Positions 27,111-34,775 of a stretch of 64,000 nucleotides of DNA are shown piece after piece (position 1 is the stretch's first letter; each line of letters starts with the position of its first letter). Origin of the DNA: Planctomycetota bacterium (GTDB lineage: Bacteria; Planctomycetota; UBA1135; GCA-002686595). Under the pieces are notes generated by a model. The model ran no database searches. It was not told the origin of the DNA and saw only the letters and a program-made list of their open reading frames with translations. Where the stretch lies: assembly GCA_020847695.1 (NCBI GenBank), contig JADLBP010000205.1, positions 22,530 to 86,529 of the forward strand, read 5' to 3'. Made by a program: the position numbers and the translations under genes.

Positions 27111-27359
27111 CATGCCCGAGGCGCGTTCGGGGCCCTTCAGGCGCCCTTTGCTCGGCCTTCGGGGTGCCTTTGCCGGCCACGGCGATCTGACGAGCGCGGG
27201 GCAGACCGGTCGCCGCGGCGTGCGCCCGGTGGCGGGAACGGGTCGTTCGCGGGCCCGGACCGCCGGCGCTCCGGGACGCGGACCGGGAAGCCCGGTGCGG
27301 CGGGCCGCCGGAGTCGGGCGGCGCACCGCCCGCACCCTTATAGAAGGAGCACGCCGTCC

Positions 27360-29336
27360 CTACGGCACCGCGTCGCGCATCGGTTGGCCGGAGCGGTAGA
27401 GCTCGCGCTCGCGCTCGAGCTCGGCGACCAGCGGCGGCGGGCCGTTCGGACCGACCAGGCGCAGCGCGCGCTCGACCTCGGCGATCGCCTCGTCGAACCG
27501 GCCGCACTCGGCGAGCGCCGCGCCGCGCAGGCGTGCGGTCGCGGTCTGGAAGCTGGTCAACGCCGGCCCGGCGGCGTCGACCAAGCGCAGCGCCTCCGCT
27601 CCGTCGCGGACCGACGCGTCGGACGAAGTCGCGCGCAGCATCACCAGGCATTCGAACACGCCCGGATCGTCCGGCGCGGCGGCGTGCGCGCGGGTGAAGG
27701 CGTCGAGCGCTTCGCCCGAGCGGCCGAGGCGGACCAACGCGCGCCCGCGGCCGAGCTGGAACACCGCGGAGGTCGGGTCGACGGCGACCAGGCGCTCGTA
27801 GTGCTCGAGCGCGCCGGCGAAATCGCCGCGCATCGCGAGGGCGCGCGCGAGGTTGTCGCGTTCGAGCGTCGCGCCGGGCAGGAGCTCGACCGCGCGCTTC
27901 CAGTGCGCGACCGCGTCGTCGAGGCGGCCGAGCTGGGCTTCGAAGCGCGCGAGGTTGTTGTACCAGAGCGGATACTCGGGGTGCAGGTCGACCGCGCGTT
28001 GGTAGGCGGCGCGTGCGTCCTCGATCTGTTGGCGAGCTTCGAGCGCGTCGCCGAGGTGCGCCCACGCGCGATCGTTGTCGGGCAAGTGCTCGAGCGTCGC
28101 GCGCCACATGCGCTCTTCGCTCGCGAAGTTCGCGTTGGCGCGCTGCGTCATCCAACCGCTCGCGAGCGCTGCGACGACGAGCACGCCGAGCGCGAGCGCG
28201 CGACGTTCGCCGCTCGCGCGCAGCAGCGCCGCGACGAGCAGTCCAGTGATGCACGCGAGCGGCAGGTACATCCGGTGCAGCGCGTAGAGCTCGAACGGGA
28301 TCGGCACCAGGCTCGAAGCGGGCGCGAGCAGCAAGAAGAAGCTCGCCGCGAGCACGCCGACGCGCGGGAAGCGCACGCAAGCCCACGCGGTCGCGCCGAG
28401 CAACGCGGCGAGCACGCCGGCGTGCGGCAACCACGCGCCGAGCGACCGGGGGATCGGCCAGCCGTAGTCGACCAGGATCGGCGTCGGCACGAACACCAAG
28501 CGCAGGTACTCGAGGATCGCCGGCGGTTGCGCGGTGATCCAGACCCACCACGTGACCTCCTGCACGACGCCTTCGCCGGTGACGCGGTGGATGCCTCCGA
28601 ACACGACCGACAGCGCGACCAACGGGAAGACCAGCGCGAGCGCGAGGTAGAGGCCGCGGTGCGCGCGCCACGCGGCGCCGGGCGAGCCGCTCGCGAACGC
28701 CCAGTCGAGCACGAACGCGACGATCGGCAGCATCGCGATCGATTCCTTGGTGCCCGCGCCGAGCGCCGCGCACGCGACGGCGAACGCGATCCAACCGCGC
28801 GAGCTCGTCGCGCGCAAGCTCCTCAGCGCCGCCCACAGGCCGGCGAGGAAGAAGAGGCCCATCAGCGACTCGCAGCGCTGGATCACGAGCGTCACCGCGC
28901 TGACTTGCAGCGGATGCACGGCCCACAGCAGCGCGGTGCCGAACGCGAGCACGTCGCGACGCTCGCGCATCCACGCTGTCGCGCGCGGCAGGTCGCAGAG
29001 CGCGCGCACCGACGCGAACAAGAACAGCGTCGCCGCGGCGTGGATTGCGAGGTTGGTCGCGTGGTAGCTCCACGTGCCGAGCTCGGAGACCGCGTAGTTC
29101 AGCGCGAAGCTGAACGCGACGACCGGCCTGCCGGTCAGGCCGCAGCCCGGCACGGCCCAGAGATCCGAAGTGGGGGGCCAGAGCTGGCGCAGCGCGGGAT
29201 TGAGGACGATGTCGGGGACGTCGTCGAACAGCAGCACGCCGGCGAACGAGTTCGCGAACGCGACGCAGACCGCGACGAGCAACGCGAACGCGTAGAGCTT
29301 GCTGCGAGCGCTCGAACCGTCGGTCATGGCGCTCAT
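27360..29336 (-). CDS. Second TMTC/PMT-like (GT-C type) multi-pass membrane protein with C-terminal TPR repeats (paralog of 13265-15358)
   Basis: 'LLFDDVPDIVLNP', 'SYHATNLAIHAAATL' and 'LLWAVHPLQVSAVTLVIQRCESL' match the motifs of the first copy. Many TM segments, then TPR repeats ('DARAAYQRAVDLHPEYPLWYNNLA...'). Begins 42 nt downstream of fliN. Confidence 0.8.
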   Translation of the reverse strand: MSAMTDGSSARSKLYAFALLVAVCVAFANSFAGVLLFDDVPDIVLNPALRQLWPPTSDLWAVPGCGLTGRPVVAFSFALNYAVSELGTWSYHATNLAIHAAATLFLFASVRALCDLPRATAWMRERRDVLAFGTALLWAVHPLQVSAVTLVIQRCESLMGLFFLAGLWAALRSLRATSSRGWIAFAVACAALGAGTKESIAMLPIVAFVLDWAFASGSPGAAWRAHRGLYLALALVFPLVALSVVFGGIHRVTGEGVVQEVTWWVWITAQPPAILEYLRLVFVPTPILVDYGWPIPRSLGAWLPHAGVLAALLGATAWACVRFPRVGVLAASFFLLLAPASSLVPIPFELYALHRMYLPLACITGLLVAALLRASGERRALALGVLVVAALASGWMTQRANANFASEERMWRATLEHLPDNDRAWAHLGDALEARQQIEDARAAYQRAVDLHPEYPLWYNNLARFEAQLGRLDDAVAHWKRAVELLPGATLERDNLARALAMRGDFAGALEHYERLVAVDPTSAVFQLGRGRALVRLGRSGEALDAFTRAHAAAPDDPGVFECLVMLRATSSDASVRDGAEALRLVDAAGPALTSFQTATARLRGAALAECGRFDEAIAEVERALRLVGPNGPPPLVAELERERELYRSGQPMRDAVP

Positions 29337-29378
29337 CCTCCGGCGCCGACGGATGCGGTCAAGCGGGAAGCGAAGAGC

Positions 29379-29720
29379 TCAGTCCTGGTTCTTCACGCTC
29401 GTGATGCGCACGCCGTACGTCTTGTCGATCGTGACGACCTCGCCGCGCGCGACGACCTTGCCGTTGACCAGGATGTCGGCGGGCTCGTGCGCTTCGCGAT
29501 CGAGCGTCACCAGCGATCCGGGCGTCAGTTGGATCAGCTCGGCGAGCGTCATGCGCGTGCGGCCGACCTCGACGGTCAGGCGCACCGGGACGTCGAGGAT
29601 CTGCGCGAGGCCGAGCGGATCACCGCTCTTCGGCGAAGGCTGGAGCTCCGGGAGCTCGTTCGTCTGCACCGACACACCGCCGGCGGATTGAGTGGGCTCT
29701 TGGTTGGCTTCGTTCGGCAT
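29379..29720 (-). CDS. fliN: Flagellar motor switch protein FliN
   Basis: 'LDVPVRLTVEVGRTRMTLAELIQLTPGSLVTLDREAHEPADILVNGKVVARGEVVTIDKTYGVRI' is a SpoA/FliN domain. Confidence 0.9.
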   Translation of the reverse strand: MPNEANQEPTQSAGGVSVQTNELPELQPSPKSGDPLGLAQILDVPVRLTVEVGRTRMTLAELIQLTPGSLVTLDREAHEPADILVNGKVVARGEVVTIDKTYGVRITSVKNQD

Positions 29721-29735
29721 GGCTGGTGCTCTCGT

Positions 29736-30668
29736 TCATTCCTCGCGTCCACGCGGACGCGCTCGTTCGACTTTGGCGGCCAGGTTCCCGTCGCGCGTTC
29801 CGAGGCGCACGTCGGCGCACACGCGGTCTTCGACGATCAGCCGCAGGGGCTCGTCGGTGCGCGAGCCCAACGGGATCACGTCGCCGATCTCGAGATGGAG
29901 GAGGTCGGCGAGCACGATCTCCGCCGCGCCGAGGCGCACGGAGACGTCGAAGGGCACGCCGGACAGGTGTTCGGGCGTCTGCACCGCCGCTTGCGGCTTC
30001 TTCGCCGCGGGCGCCGGCTGAGGCGCGACGCTGACGCCCGGCAGGAAGATGCGCAGGTTGCTCGCGCCGCCGGGACCCTTGAAGCCGAAGTGCACCGCGA
30101 TGCGTTGCGCGTCCGCGGTCGGACCGGCGTCGCGCCACGAGCCGAGCTCTTCGGGGATGTCGACGACGCGGAGGTCCTTGACGTCGAGCTTCCACAGCTT
30201 GGCGAGCCGCTGCAGCGGATACGCGATCAGCCGCTTCAGCATCGTCTTCTCGACCGAAGCGAGCTTGCGCGGCTTGCCTTCCTTGACCTCGGGCATGCCG
30301 AGCGACGTCTCGATCGCCGCGACCGCGCCCGGCAGGTCCCACGTCGCCCAACCGAGCTCGCCCTTGACCTCGAAGCGGACGATCGCGAACGGCGGTTGGA
30401 GGTCGGCGAAGAGGCCTTCGGAGTTGATCTCGTCGAGATCGGCGAGGTCGAACGCCAACGGGCCGCGCAGCGCGCCTTGGAGCTCGCGCTCGAGCTCCGG
30501 TGCGATGCGGGCGACTTGCTCGACGAGCGCGGCACGGTGCTCCGCGCTCAGCCGTTTGGGACGGTGGAAGTCGCGCGACGACACCTCGCCCGACGGCGCA
30601 TGGTCTGCGCCTTTCGGCAGGAGCTCCAGGATCGCCTGGATCTCTTCGGGGAGGAGGTTGGAGGCCAC
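29736..30668 (-). CDS. fliM: Flagellar motor switch protein FliM
   Basis: N-terminal 'LLPEEIQAILELL' resembles the LSQxEIDALL CheY-P binding motif. C-terminal SpoA-like 'VRLGAAEIVLADLLHLEIGDVIPL'. Precedes fliN. Confidence 0.85.
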   Translation of the reverse strand: MASNLLPEEIQAILELLPKGADHAPSGEVSSRDFHRPKRLSAEHRAALVEQVARIAPELERELQGALRGPLAFDLADLDEINSEGLFADLQPPFAIVRFEVKGELGWATWDLPGAVAAIETSLGMPEVKEGKPRKLASVEKTMLKRLIAYPLQRLAKLWKLDVKDLRVVDIPEELGSWRDAGPTADAQRIAVHFGFKGPGGASNLRIFLPGVSVAPQPAPAAKKPQAAVQTPEHLSGVPFDVSVRLGAAEIVLADLLHLEIGDVIPLGSRTDEPLRLIVEDRVCADVRLGTRDGNLAAKVERARPRGREE

Positions 30669-30679
30669 GCGGATTCAGT

Positions 30680-31492
30680 TCACTGGACGAGGAAGGAGTC
30701 GCGGAAGATGCGCTTGACGCGTCCGGGCACGCCGACGGGCACCTTGCCGACGAAGCCCTCGAGGAGCTTGGTCGTGTCGAGGAATACGAACTCGCCCTTC
30801 TTGTTCACGACCTGGAGGTCGCGCGACTTCTCCAGTTTCATCGGTGGGCCGTCGTCGAGCGAGATCAGCTTCTTGACGTTGTCGATCTCGACGAAGTGCT
30901 CATGCAGCAGGCCGCGCATCGTGCCGGAGCCGTTCGACTCGCCGACGCGCAGGCCGGACTTCGTGTCCGGCGTCGCGGGCGCGAGCGAATCGCCGACGTA
31001 GATCGGGAAGAGCACCGGATCGACGACCTCGCGGAGCTCGTCGAGGAACGAATCGACCAGCACCGGATCGGTGACCTGATTGATCGTCTTGGTCGCGGCG
31101 AGCTCGATCATCGCGTCCTTGAGCTGCACGAGATAGAGCGGATCCTCGGTCGCGGGACCGTGGCCGCCGCCCGCGCCTCCGCCGAGCCGGCTGGTGACGT
31201 AGTGCTCCTCGTACGCGAAGTACTCCGCTTGCAGCGACAGCACGACGTAGCGCTTGCCGTCGGCGCCGGCGAGGTTCGCTTGGATGTCGCTCTTCGAGAG
31301 CTTGGCGACGAACGGTCCTTCGAGCTCGGGCTCCGGAACGTGCTTCGGCACCGCCATCAGCGAGGCGACGAACGCGAGCGCGAGCACCGCCACCGTTCCG
31401 CCGCCGAGGATCAGCGGCAGCTTGTTCTTCTTCGGCGCTTCGCCCTCGCCGGGCTTCTGTCCGTCTTGCGCGGGTTTCTTTTCGTCAGCCAT
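30680..31492 (-). CDS. fliL: FliL-like flagellar basal-body-associated protein (extended)
   Basis: Lys-rich tail and TM 'LPLILGGGTVAVLALAFVASL', then a 'GKRYVVLSLQAEYF' FliL-type core. Sits between motB and fliM. About 100 aa longer than a typical FliL. Confidence 0.65.
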   Translation of the reverse strand: MADEKKPAQDGQKPGEGEAPKKNKLPLILGGGTVAVLALAFVASLMAVPKHVPEPELEGPFVAKLSKSDIQANLAGADGKRYVVLSLQAEYFAYEEHYVTSRLGGGAGGGHGPATEDPLYLVQLKDAMIELAATKTINQVTDPVLVDSFLDELREVVDPVLFPIYVGDSLAPATPDTKSGLRVGESNGSGTMRGLLHEHFVEIDNVKKLISLDDGPPMKLEKSRDLQVVNKKGEFVFLDTTKLLEGFVGKVPVGVPGRVKRIFRDSFLVQ

Positions 31493-31503
31493 GGCGGTTC
31501 ACG

Positions 31504-32313
31504 TCAGTTGACGTCCTTGGGGATGGGTTGGATCAAGCGCGCGTCGACCGCCGCCGGGACGTCTCCCGAGAAGCTCGGCTCGCGCGCCCAGGCGCGGGCT
31601 TCGACGCGTTGGTTCACGAACGTGTGCGTGCCGATCAAGTAATCGCGGACCGCGGCAGCGCGGCGGAACGCGAGCTCCGGATCGTTCGCGTGCCCTTCGA
31701 GGATCAGCAGCTGCCCGAAACCCGGGCGCAGGCTCTCGGCGATCAGGTCGAGGTACTTGCGCGCCTTCTCGTCGAGCTCGGCGGCGTCGGCGGCGAAGCG
31801 CGCGATCGACGGCTGCGGCAGCGCGGAGTAGGGACGCAGCGAGGATTCGAGGACCCGTCGCACCTCGTCGATGTTGCGCGCGTCGGCCTTGCCTTCGAGT
31901 AGCTCTTCCTCGGAGATCTCGTCGAGCCCGAAGTTCTTGCGGAACGTGTTGACCGCGTTGAGGTACTGCGCGCCTGACAGCGGCGCGCCCATGCCCTTGC
32001 TCTCGAGCGCGACGACGAACGTGCCGAGTCCGCGGGCGACCAGACCCGCGTCCTGCTTCTTCGCCATCGTCACGAGGATGATGAAGAAGCAGAGGAACAG
32101 GGTCATCATGTCGCCGAACGAGATCAGCCACGGCGGAGGTCCGTGGTGCGAGTGTTCGTGGTGGCCCTTGTGACCGCCATGGCCGCCGTGACCGTGCGCA
32201 CCGCCGCCGTGGCCGCCGCCGTGTTCTCCGTGCTCGCCATGCTCGCCCTGCGCGCCGTGTTCGGCGTGCTCGGCATGTTCGGCGTGGGCTGTGGCGGCGT
32301 GGGAGTCGGACAT
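31504..32313 (-). CDS. MotB-like stator protein paralog with His-rich N-terminal tail
   Basis: TM with the conserved Asp, 'WLISFGDMMTLFLCFFIILV'. OmpA-like C-terminus 'LLILEGHANDPELAFRRAAAVRDYL'. N-terminal about 55 aa: 'HAEHAEHAEHGAQGEHGEHGEHGGGHGGGAHGHGGHGGHKGHHEHSHHG'. Confidence 0.7.
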   Translation of the reverse strand: MSDSHAATAHAEHAEHAEHGAQGEHGEHGEHGGGHGGGAHGHGGHGGHKGHHEHSHHGPPPWLISFGDMMTLFLCFFIILVTMAKKQDAGLVARGLGTFVVALESKGMGAPLSGAQYLNAVNTFRKNFGLDEISEEELLEGKADARNIDEVRRVLESSLRPYSALPQPSIARFAADAAELDEKARKYLDLIAESLRPGFGQLLILEGHANDPELAFRRAAAVRDYLIGTHTFVNQRVEARAWAREPSFSGDVPAAVDARLIQPIPKDVN

Positions 32314-32320
32314 CGCGACC

Positions 32321-33025
32321 TCAGCGCTTCTTCTCGCCGGCGCCGGCCCAGCCGACGGCGTTGGTGCGCGTGACCGCGAGCACTCGCAGTCCGACGCGAC
32401 GGTTGAGCTTGCGGCCGAGCGCCGTGCCTTCGACGGCGCGCAGCTTGTTGGCGCCGAGGCTCGCGATCTGGACTTGATCGGCGGCGAGGTTGCCGGCGTC
32501 GAGCAACGCGCTCGCCGCGGCGCGCGCGCGTTCGAGGCCGAGGCGTTCGGCGTCGTGCGACTCGGCTTCCTTCGTGTCGACGTGACCCTCGACGAGGATC
32601 AGTTGGTCGTGTTTGCCGAGGATCGGCGCGAGCTTCGCGATCTCGCCCTTCAACGCGTCGTTCAGGTCGAACGAGCCCGGCGAGAACGAGCACTCCGAGC
32701 CGAACTCGATCGCAAGCCCGTCGAGCGCCGCGTCGAGCACCATGCGACCGGCCTGGTCTTCCGAGCGGTGCGCGTCGAGGTCCTTCGAGAGGCCGGCGAC
32801 CATCGAGCGGTCGATGTCGATCGGCGGCCCGTAGCCGGTGAGGTTCGGGAACACGCCGCCGCGGCCCTTCAAGAGACCGACGCCGACGGTCTTGATGTCG
32901 CCGGAGTTGGACGTCGAGAACGTCATCATCATCAAGAAGAACGTCACGAGCAGCGAGATCATGTCGCAGTAGCTGACGAGCCAGCCTTCTCCGCCGCCTT
33001 CGGGTTCCGGTGCCTTCTTGACCAC
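32321..33025 (-). CDS. motB: Flagellar stator protein MotB (OmpA-like C-terminal domain)
   Basis: 'GWLVSYCDMISLLVTFFLMMM' is the plug/TM segment with the Asp. 'LILVEGHVDTKEAE...LGLERARAAASALL' and 'NRRVGLRVL' are OmpA-like. Directly follows motA. Confidence 0.85.
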   Translation of the reverse strand: MVKKAPEPEGGGEGWLVSYCDMISLLVTFFLMMMTFSTSNSGDIKTVGVGLLKGRGGVFPNLTGYGPPIDIDRSMVAGLSKDLDAHRSEDQAGRMVLDAALDGLAIEFGSECSFSPGSFDLNDALKGEIAKLAPILGKHDQLILVEGHVDTKEAESHDAERLGLERARAAASALLDAGNLAADQVQIASLGANKLRAVEGTALGRKLNRRVGLRVLAVTRTNAVGWAGAGEKKR

Positions 33026-33031
33026 GGCGAC

Positions 33032-33805
33032 TCAGCTCTTGATCGACTCGCGATCCGCGGGGGCCAGGAAACCCTTGAGCTTCTCCTTGATCAGCTGCGG
33101 CTTCTCGCCGGACTGGATCGCGACGATGCCGGCGATCATCAGCTCGCGCAGCTGCGACTCCTGCTTGTTCCGTTGGTCGAGCTTGCCGGCCATCGGCAGG
33201 AAGAGCATGTTCGCCGCGAACGCGCCGTAGAACGTACCGACGAGCGCACCGGCCATGCCCGCGCCGATCTTCGACGGGTCGGACAAGTTGGAGAGCATCT
33301 GCACGAGACCGATCAGCGTCTCGACCATTCCGAACGCCGGCGCGAACGTACCGAACTGCTCGAGCATCTTCTTGCCGGTCGCGTGGCGCTGCTTGGCGAT
33401 CTCGGCTTCGACTTCGAGGATGTCGCGCACCGTGTCGGCGGAGAAGCCGTCGATCACGAGCTGCATCCCCTTCGCCATGAACTTGTCGTCGACCTGCTTC
33501 AGCTTGCTCTCGAGCGCGAGCAGACCTTCCTTCCGCGCGAGCGTCGCGTAGTCGATGATCCGATCGATTTCCTCGCTCGGCGACGGCAGCTTGTAGAGGA
33601 ACGTGCGCAGGATCACCTTCGCGAGGTGCTTCACCTCTTCGATGCGGAAGTGGATCATCACCGCCGCGAGCGCACCGCCGAACACGACGGCGAACGCGGG
33701 CGGGTGCACGAAGAGCACGAGGCCCGAGAGGCCGCCGCCGTGCATCATCGACCACGTGATCAGACCGAGGCCGAGTGCGAAGCCGAGTACTGTGGAGAGG
33801 TCCAT
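33032..33805 (-). CDS. motA: Flagellar stator protein MotA
   Basis: 257 aa with four TM segments. 'PSKIGAGMAGALVGTFYGAFAANMLFLPMAGKL' is the MotA/TolQ/ExbB channel motif. Confidence 0.9.
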   Translation of the reverse strand: MDLSTVLGFALGLGLITWSMMHGGGLSGLVLFVHPPAFAVVFGGALAAVMIHFRIEEVKHLAKVILRTFLYKLPSPSEEIDRIIDYATLARKEGLLALESKLKQVDDKFMAKGMQLVIDGFSADTVRDILEVEAEIAKQRHATGKKMLEQFGTFAPAFGMVETLIGLVQMLSNLSDPSKIGAGMAGALVGTFYGAFAANMLFLPMAGKLDQRNKQESQLRELMIAGIVAIQSGEKPQLIKEKLKGFLAPADRESIKS

Positions 33806-33852
33806 TGGGTGCGCGAAGGGGTGCCCGGGAAGGGACTTCCCGAGGTCAGGTC

Positions 33853-33880
33853 TTATCGACGGGACCGGGGGAGTGCTTGA
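33853..33880 (-). promoter_or_regulatory. Sigma28 (FliA)-type promoter upstream of motA
   Basis: The minus strand reads TCAA-N16-GTCGATAA (consensus TAAA-N15-GCCGATAA), 48 nt upstream of the motA ATG. A GGGGCG/CGCCCC hairpin lies just upstream at 33912-33929. Confidence 0.5.
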
Positions 33881-33934
33881 CCGATGCGGCGTCGGTCGAG
33901 TCGCGCTTTCGGGGCGCCGGGACGCCCCGCCGGC

Positions 33935-34768
33935 TCACTTCGTCTTCAGCGCGGCGACGGTCTTCGTGTAGGCCTCGGCGAACTCGCGCCATTTGGCCTG
34001 CGGCAGCGCGTCGAGGAGCTCCTTGGCTCGCTCGGGTGACAACGTCGCGAGGATCTTCGACGCTTCCTTCGGCCCGTAGCCGATCAAGCGCGAGGCGAGC
34101 GCATCCGCTTCGCCTTCCTCGAACAAGGCGCCGAGCGCCTTGACGGTCTTCTGCTCTTCGTCGGACTTCTTCTGTCCGTCGCGTTGCACCTCTTCGGCGC
34201 GCGCGGCGAGCTCGGCCTGGAGCTCCTCGAGCTCCGACTTCATCGCGTCGAGCGCCTTCTGGCGATCCTCGATCGCTTCGAGGCGGTCGTCGACGAGCTC
34301 TTCCTTGGTCGAGAGCTCCGCCATCCGGCGATCGAGCTCCTTGTTCTTGCGTTCTACGGTCTCGACGAGCTCGCGCAGCTCGTCGGCGCTGTACGGCGAC
34401 TCGAACTGGAACATGCCGAGCAAGTCGGCTTTCGACTCGCCGTGGCTCGCGCCCTTCGTCGCCGCGTGACCCTTCGGCTCGGCGCCGTGCTCCGGCGTCG
34501 CGTGCGGATCCGCGGTCGCGACCTCGCCGTGCTCGTCCTTCGGAGTGTCGGTCGAATGCTCGTCGCCGGACTCGCTCGCGTGCTCGTCGCCGGCCTGCGG
34601 CTCACCGTGCTCGTCGGTCGCCTCTTCCGGCGGCTTCGGGAAGAGCGAGCCGAACACCGGCAGCGTGTGCAGCGGCACGTGATTCATCTTCGCGAAGCCG
34701 ATGTAGGCGACGGAGAAGAGCAACAGTCCGCCGGCACCGGCGAGCGAGAGCGTGGCGACCTTGTTCAT
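33935..34768 (-). CDS. MotE/FlbB(YlxF)-like flagellar protein (MgtE_N-like C-terminus) with acidic His-containing repeats
   Basis: N-terminal TM, four 'DEH' repeats, a long coiled coil, and C-terminal 'GYGPKEASKILATLSPERAKELLDALP'. Occupies the ylxF slot immediately after fliJ. Confidence 0.55.
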   Translation of the reverse strand: MNKVATLSLAGAGGLLLFSVAYIGFAKMNHVPLHTLPVFGSLFPKPPEEATDEHGEPQAGDEHASESGDEHSTDTPKDEHGEVATADPHATPEHGAEPKGHAATKGASHGESKADLLGMFQFESPYSADELRELVETVERKNKELDRRMAELSTKEELVDDRLEAIEDRQKALDAMKSELEELQAELAARAEEVQRDGQKKSDEEQKTVKALGALFEEGEADALASRLIGYGPKEASKILATLSPERAKELLDALPQAKWREFAEAYTKTVAALKTK

Positions 34769-34775
34769 GGATGTG

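Noticed and set aside
26820-27359. Known structured RNAs (RNase P RNA, tmRNA, SRP/4.5S RNA) in the 540-bp gap
   Set aside because: On either strand I found no 'GGAAAGUCCGG' or 'ACAGAAxCCGGCUUA' (RNase P), no tRNA-like end with a resume codon/tag (tmRNA), and no 'GGUCCGGAAGGAAGCAGCC' helix-8 motif (SRP). 'CACGGAAGGUACAAGGCAC' on the minus strand is only superficially SRP-like and does not close a GNRA tetraloop. 6S RNA cannot be excluded or supported by eye.
12138-29336. The 17-kb non-flagellar block between the two flagellar operons as a horizontally acquired island or mobile element
   Set aside because: There is no integrase, transposase, flanking tRNA or direct repeats. Composition looks the same as the surroundings by eye. 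The block contains core housekeeping genes (ispG, rmuC, gmhA).
26958-31001. 1347-aa plus-strand ORF across the intergenic gap, the TPR-membrane gene, fliN, fliM and fliL
   Set aside because: It is antisense to four well-supported minus-strand genes. The composition is typical of GC-driven open frames.
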